The notes beneath the pieces are model-generated. The model was not told where the DNA came from and made no database searches. It saw only the letters and a program-made list of their open reading frames with translations. Below are positions 39,511-43,634 of a DNA stretch of 43,634 nt, one piece after another. This stretch comes from an uncultured Candidatus Saccharibacteria bacterium. Its GTDB lineage: Bacteria > Patescibacteriota > WWE3 > 9FT-COMBO-53-11. The DNA lies in the NCBI GenBank assembly GCA_964413845.1, contig CAYPTJ010000032.1:1-43634 (forward strand), read 5' to 3'. The translations under genes and the position numbers were made by a program. The stretch's first letter is position 1. Each line of letters opens with the position of its first letter.

Positions 39511-41130
39511 ATGATGGGAGAGCGCACTTGCGACGGAGAAGCATTTAAGCAGGCTTTGGAAGCCGGTACCGCTTGGTTGGAAAGAAAAGTTGAGGACATT
39601 AATCTGCTTAACGTCTTCCCCGTACCAGATGGTGATACCGGCACCAATATGTTTCTTACCATGCAGGCCGCCTTGGAGGAGATCGCTCGCTCCCCAGACC
39701 GTTCTCTCTCAACCGTTACTCGTAACGCAGCCCACGGTGCTTTGATGGGGGCCCGGGGAAACTCAGGAGTTATTCTCTCCCAGCTCTTGCGAGGATTAGC
39801 TAAAGTGCTAGACGGAGAAGAGACCCTTAATGTGGCGAATTTTGCAGCGGCCACGAAAGAGGCTTCTCTCGCCGCTTACAGAGGGATGGTTGCGCCTGTC
39901 GAGGGCACAATTCTCACCGTTGCCCGCGAAGCAGCTGAGGCTGCTGCCTCTGCCGCCGAGGGAGATGGCGATATCCTTTACGTCTTAGAAAGGGTGGTGG
40001 TAGCAGCCAAGCACGCTGTAGCCAGAACACCTTCCCTCCTGCCGGTGTTACGTGAGGCTGGCGTGGTTGATGCCGGCGGACAGGGTCTCTTCACCATCCT
40101 TGAAGGTGCGTTACACTTCGCCCGCGGGGGGAAGGTGGGGGAACCTTCAATCATCGAGGTGGCAACAAAACCAGAGGTGAGAACCGGTGAAGAGTACGGC
40201 TACGAGGCGATGTTCATCCTCAATGGTGAAAATCTGAACATAGAGGAAATCAAAGAGGCAATCGCGGCGATGGGCGACTCAGTGCTTGTGGTTGGCGACT
40301 CCAAGAAAGTCAAGGTTCACATCCACACCCCAGAACCGGACAGGCCTCTAAGCTATGCCGCAAAACTTGGCACCCTAACCCAAATCAGCGTTGAGAATCT
40401 GCAAGAGCAATATCAAGAGTTCGTCCGTCGCAAGGCTGAGACGGAGCTTCAGATCAAGTTCCCAAGGAAAGTGGATAACATTGCCGTTGTGGCCGTTGTT
40501 GCTGGGGAAGGATTAGCCCATGTTTTTGAGAGTATAGGAATTGATGCCCTCGTCCCTGGCGGTCAAACAATGAATCCCAGCACGGAAGAAATATTAAAAG
40601 CCATCGATGCCCTCCCGGTGGATGAGGTCATTCTTCTCCCCAACAACATAAACGTGATTATGACTGCGCAACAAGCCCAAAAACTCTCAGCAAAGAAGGT
40701 TGCAATTGTACCGACCGAAAATATTCCCCAAGGGGTCAGTGCTCTTCTCGCCTTCAACCGAGGAGCCAGCTTAAAAGTGAACGTGGAAACGATGGAGAGA
40801 GCAGCAAAAGAGATCCAAACAGGGGAAGTGACAACTGCTATCCGTTCAACTCAGATCAAGGGGATACGGGTGAAGAAAGGGGAGCTCATTGGTCTTCTGA
40901 ACGGGAGTCCGGTTGTATCAGGTAGGAAGGTGGAGGAGGTTGTTCAAAAGCTGCTGCACCAAATGGAGGCTGAGCGGCATGAGGTGATCAGTATTTACTA
41001 TGGCAATCTTATCAGCCAAATTCAGGCCGAGCAGCTAACCCACGAGATCTGTCAAAGATACCCGGAGCAGGAGGTAGAACTCGTTGCCGGTGGTCAACCT
41101 CACTATCATTACATCTTATCGGTAGAGTAG
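39511..41130 (+). CDS. DAK2 (DhaL-like) domain protein fused to a DegV-like C-terminal domain, YloV family.
   Basis: LNVFPVPDGDTGTNMFLT, GARGNSGVILSQLLRG, VVDAGGQGL. An aggagg SD lies 5 nt upstream. Confidence 0.85.
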   Translation: MMGERTCDGEAFKQALEAGTAWLERKVEDINLLNVFPVPDGDTGTNMFLTMQAALEEIARSPDRSLSTVTRNAAHGALMGARGNSGVILSQLLRGLAKVLDGEETLNVANFAAATKEASLAAYRGMVAPVEGTILTVAREAAEAAASAAEGDGDILYVLERVVVAAKHAVARTPSLLPVLREAGVVDAGGQGLFTILEGALHFARGGKVGEPSIIEVATKPEVRTGEEYGYEAMFILNGENLNIEEIKEAIAAMGDSVLVVGDSKKVKVHIHTPEPDRPLSYAAKLGTLTQISVENLQEQYQEFVRRKAETELQIKFPRKVDNIAVVAVVAGEGLAHVFESIGIDALVPGGQTMNPSTEEILKAIDALPVDEVILLPNNINVIMTAQQAQKLSAKKVAIVPTENIPQGVSALLAFNRGASLKVNVETMERAAKEIQTGEVTTAIRSTQIKGIRVKKGELIGLLNGSPVVSGRKVEEVVQKLLHQMEAERHEVISIYYGNLISQIQAEQLTHEICQRYPEQEVELVAGGQPHYHYILSVE

Positions 41131-41134
41131 ATTA

Positions 41135-41171
41135 AGCCCAGTTGCTACAAAACACCTGGGCTTTTTATTTT
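41135..41171 (+). terminator. Rho-independent terminator after the YloV-family gene.
   Basis: aagcccag-N14-ctgggctt followed by tttttatttt. Confidence 0.6.
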
Positions 41172-41222
41172 CGACTGGAAGGAGAAAAGAAGGTTCTCAA
41201 GCGAAGCGAGAGGTTCTTATCT

Positions 41223-41741
41223 TCAAAGCTGTTTCGAAATTTCTTTAAGCCAACGTCGGGGCGGTGGAGAAGGTGATTCAGCGGGATAACCCAAAGGCAT
41301 AATCGCAATCGGGCGAAGACCATTTCCCAAATCCAAAATTCGAGAAACTTCTCCCTCATCAAAAGCTCCAACCCAACCGGCGGCTAAACCCATTTCGGTC
41401 GCTGCCAGCCAAAGGTTCTGGGCGGCGAGAGTAGTATCTTGGATAGCGTAAAGCTCCCTTCCCCTACTCCCGTATTTTGAGGCAGACCGGTCAAGATCAG
41501 CACAAAGAACAATCACCACCGGGGCGGTAGCAATGAAGCTCTGTCCCCACGCCGCTTCAACCAACTGCCTTTTAACCCCCTGATCGCGGACGACAACAAA
41601 AAACCGACTTTGAAGATTCCCGGCGGAGGAAGCCCATTGCGCCGCTTGCAAAAGCTTCTCTACCTGCTCATCGGTTACCCTCCGCGCGGGATTAAACTTT
41701 CTTACCGTCCTTCGTCTTTTAATCGCTTCAAAAACTTCCAT
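41223..41741 (-). CDS. Nitroreductase family protein.
   Basis: AIKRRRTVRKF, SAGNLQ, AIQDTTLAAQNLWLAATEMGL, IMPLGYP. Confidence 0.8.
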   Translation of the reverse strand: MEVFEAIKRRRTVRKFNPARRVTDEQVEKLLQAAQWASSAGNLQSRFFVVVRDQGVKRQLVEAAWGQSFIATAPVVIVLCADLDRSASKYGSRGRELYAIQDTTLAAQNLWLAATEMGLAAGWVGAFDEGEVSRILDLGNGLRPIAIMPLGYPAESPSPPPRRWLKEISKQL

Positions 41742-42943
41742 CAGCTATCTCTCCGATCAATCTCTTTTATAACTTCCGTAGTAAAATCCCGACATAAATC
41801 CAAGGTCTCAAAGTTAATCTTATCTATCGTGTCCAACATCTGGTGGTACTGCGCAACATAGCCGATTTCGTTGATGGAGTTCATCATCACCGCCACCCTG
41901 AAACCCTCTTTAACGAGAAGACTGCACTCCGAGGGGACGGGGAGGCAAAACTCTTTTATCTTTTGGAACCTTTTGTTTTTCCTGACCAGCTCCCTAACAA
42001 GCGAGAACAATTCCTTATCAAAAGGCACAAAAAGCCCTGGCCCGCTGATTTCCCCTTCTGAAACTGTCAAGATATCCGCTCCCACACCATCCAGATCGAT
42101 AAAGCAAGTAGTTTTTGGATCTAACCTGGATTCTTCGAGAAAGGTTTCCAATCCGTTAGTGATATTCTCCTCACTTCCGGTATTCAAAAAGACTAAGCCA
42201 GTGGTTTCAAGTCGATTTTTAGAAAAGTGCGGCGCCAGCGCCATCACCACCGCCGCCCCAGAACCGTTGTCAAAAGCACCGGGAACAAAGGGGGAAAAGA
42301 AGGTATGGAGGGTGAGGGCTACCGTTATAAGCAAGGTAACAACAACGTAAGATCCCACCAACAGTCTGGTCATCGGAACTGGCGAGAGAAAGAATAAAAG
42401 AAGGTTTAAGAGAACAGAAAAGTTGGAGATGAAGAATGGGCCGTTTAGGAACGGGGGAAAGCTTCTGGCCTTTGGGGCGAGACTCTTGGCGAGAGGATTC
42501 AAGAGCTTTATCCCAATCGTGCACCTTGGACTATCATAGTGTCCGATGACAACGACCGTTTTCTTCTTCCCTTTCCTGGAAGGGAGCTCAACAAAAACAT
42601 TCTGCGATTCTCCGGGATAGATTCTTTTGAATGGGCCAAAGTACCGGAAGTGGTTGAGACCAAGCAGGAGAGCTCCCACCGCGAAAAAGATAAGCGAAAG
42701 GATAAGCTTATCGAGCAAGATAGAAGTCGTCGAGAGGATGAAGAAAGAGTAAGTTAATGGTTGGAGGAACCAGCCGTTCTTCACAATCCGGCATCGTTGC
42801 ATCTCGGGCTTGAGGCCTAACTTTTTGTACTCTTGGAAGATCAGCCCCGCTGCCTTTTTCTCATAAACACTCCCCGTCCCCCGATGGGGAAGAGAGCATA
42901 GCTTCTCGAGAAAATATTTGGGCGAACTGTTTTCTGGCATCAA
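41741..42943 (-). CDS. M28-family metallopeptidase-like protein with inserted hydrophobic segments.
   Basis: VVVIGHYDSP, GAFDNGSGAAVVMALA and LNTGSEE motifs. There are hydrophobic stretches near the N-terminus and between the first two motifs. Confidence 0.55.
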   Translation of the reverse strand: MMPENSSPKYFLEKLCSLPHRGTGSVYEKKAAGLIFQEYKKLGLKPEMQRCRIVKNGWFLQPLTYSFFILSTTSILLDKLILSLIFFAVGALLLGLNHFRYFGPFKRIYPGESQNVFVELPSRKGKKKTVVVIGHYDSPRCTIGIKLLNPLAKSLAPKARSFPPFLNGPFFISNFSVLLNLLLFFLSPVPMTRLLVGSYVVVTLLITVALTLHTFFSPFVPGAFDNGSGAAVVMALAPHFSKNRLETTGLVFLNTGSEENITNGLETFLEESRLDPKTTCFIDLDGVGADILTVSEGEISGPGLFVPFDKELFSLVRELVRKNKRFQKIKEFCLPVPSECSLLVKEGFRVAVMMNSINEIGYVAQYHQMLDTIDKINFETLDLCRDFTTEVIKEIDRRDS

Positions 42944-42944
42944 A

Positions 42945-43634
42945 TCACCTTATAGGCGGGGCAAGCTTAAAGGCCGGACAAATATTCCTAAAATCACAGT
43001 AGTGGCAGAGGATCCCCGGTTTGGCGGGGAAGTTTGAGCTTCTGATCTCTCTGGCAGTCTTGATGATCTTTTCTTTTTCCTTTTCGAGCTGTTCTGCTGT
43101 TCGCTTTGTTGTCAGCTTCTTGTTCTGCTTGAGAAAATAAAGCGCTAAAGAAGTAGGTTCGATCTTCAGTGCTTCGCGCGCGGCAAGGGCGTAGATTGTC
43201 AGCTGCTCATCCTGATCAACTTCCTTTTGGGATGCAACCTTGTCGGCCGTTTTATAGTCAATGACCTCATATCCACTTTTGGTGCGATCGATCCGGTCAA
43301 TGAAGCCTGCCAGAAGAACGTTCTCCAGTTTGAGGCCAAAACCTCTTTCCAGGAAAACCGGCTCACTAAGCGTTTTTCGGTGGGCCTTAAAATAATCACG
43401 AAGGATTTTCTCACCCTCTTTCTTCACTAAGCGCTGGTCTTCAACCCCTTCGTAGCCAAGAGGAATCCAATGTCGTTCATAAAGATCAAGGAGATTACCA
43501 AGCGTTTGGCTCTCTTTGGAGAGACGGTGAAAATCCCTGAGAACCCGATGCATCGTTAATCCAAACGATTGGGCCCGGGCGGGAGGAACGGGAATTTTAA
43601 GAAGATAATGGTATTTGAACTTCAAGGGACAGGT
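42945..43634 (-). CDS. PD-(D/E)XK (RecB/Cas4/AddB-type) nuclease domain with an Fe-S cysteine cluster; N-terminus lies beyond the window.
   Basis: GFIDRIDR...EVIDYKT motif and C-terminal CHYCDFRNIC. The reading frame stays open to nt 43634 (TCP precedes the listed start). Confidence 0.65.
   Translation of the reverse strand, partial: TCPLKFKYHYLLKIPVPPARAQSFGLTMHRVLRDFHRLSKESQTLGNLLDLYERHWIPLGYEGVEDQRLVKKEGEKILRDYFKAHRKTLSEPVFLERGFGLKLENVLLAGFIDRIDRTKSGYEVIDYKTADKVASQKEVDQDEQLTIYALAAREALKIEPTSLALYFLKQNKKLTTKRTAEQLEKEKEKIIKTAREIRSSNFPAKPGILCHYCDFRNICPAFKLAPPIR

Noticed and set aside
39384-39854. Long antisense ORFs (39384..39854, 9680..10396, 1249..1689, 18091..18495, 31073..31435 and others).
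   Set aside because: Each lies opposite a gene with strong family motifs and has a biased, motif-free translation. These are typical shadow ORFs.
42945-43634. A defence-system interpretation (Cas4 or restriction-like nuclease) of the terminal PD-(D/E)XK gene.
   Set aside because: The gene is truncated by the window edge. There are no neighbouring cas, methylase or toxin genes. The architecture fits the nuclease end of a DNA-repair helicase-nuclease.

Overview
Gene-dense 43.6-kb bacterial window with about 55 CDS on both strands and many 1-30 nt gene overlaps. TGA, TAA and TAG all terminate conserved genes, so the standard code applies. I recognised no rRNA, tRNA, CRISPR array, transposase or integrase.

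Gene content:
- Minimal glycolysis: gap and a short 340-aa pgk.
- Cell-wall genes: murJ, murB, two FemAB-family genes, an LCP ligase and a 3D-domain protein.
- Type IV pilus PilN/PilO-like genes, plus rpsT, rsmA and holA-like genes.
- An aldehyde:ferredoxin oxidoreductase with its ferredoxin.
- Many membrane-anchored FN3/cohesin-type surface proteins.

By inference this fits a small-genome Patescibacteria/CPR-like organism.

Most notable observations:
1. A surface-display locus (8.7-15.0 kb). It holds a dockerin-bearing secreted protein, two cohesin-like membrane-anchored scaffold paralogs, and a polytopic protein with an internal twin-arginine signal. It also holds two tatA genes shorter than 60 aa that the ORF track missed.
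2. One operon with a soluble GAF-PAS histidine kinase and four receiver-only response regulators. Two of these carry long E/K-rich tails.
3. A conserved intergenic element of about 115 nt, present twice (18.25 kb and 23.41 kb). Its stems are conserved and one hairpin differs in sequence but is kept in position, so it is a candidate structured RNA.
4. Genome-wide degenerate heptamer tandem arrays. They are often arranged as inverted arms between genes, and they also occur inside pgk, rsmA and a FemAB gene.
5. GC-rich hairpin modules embedded in frame within CDSs, including a clear 51-nt insertion in the second FemAB gene.
6. Three tandem surface-protein paralogs with conserved ends and swapped middles.

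All functional calls come from motif recognition by eye; no database search was run.
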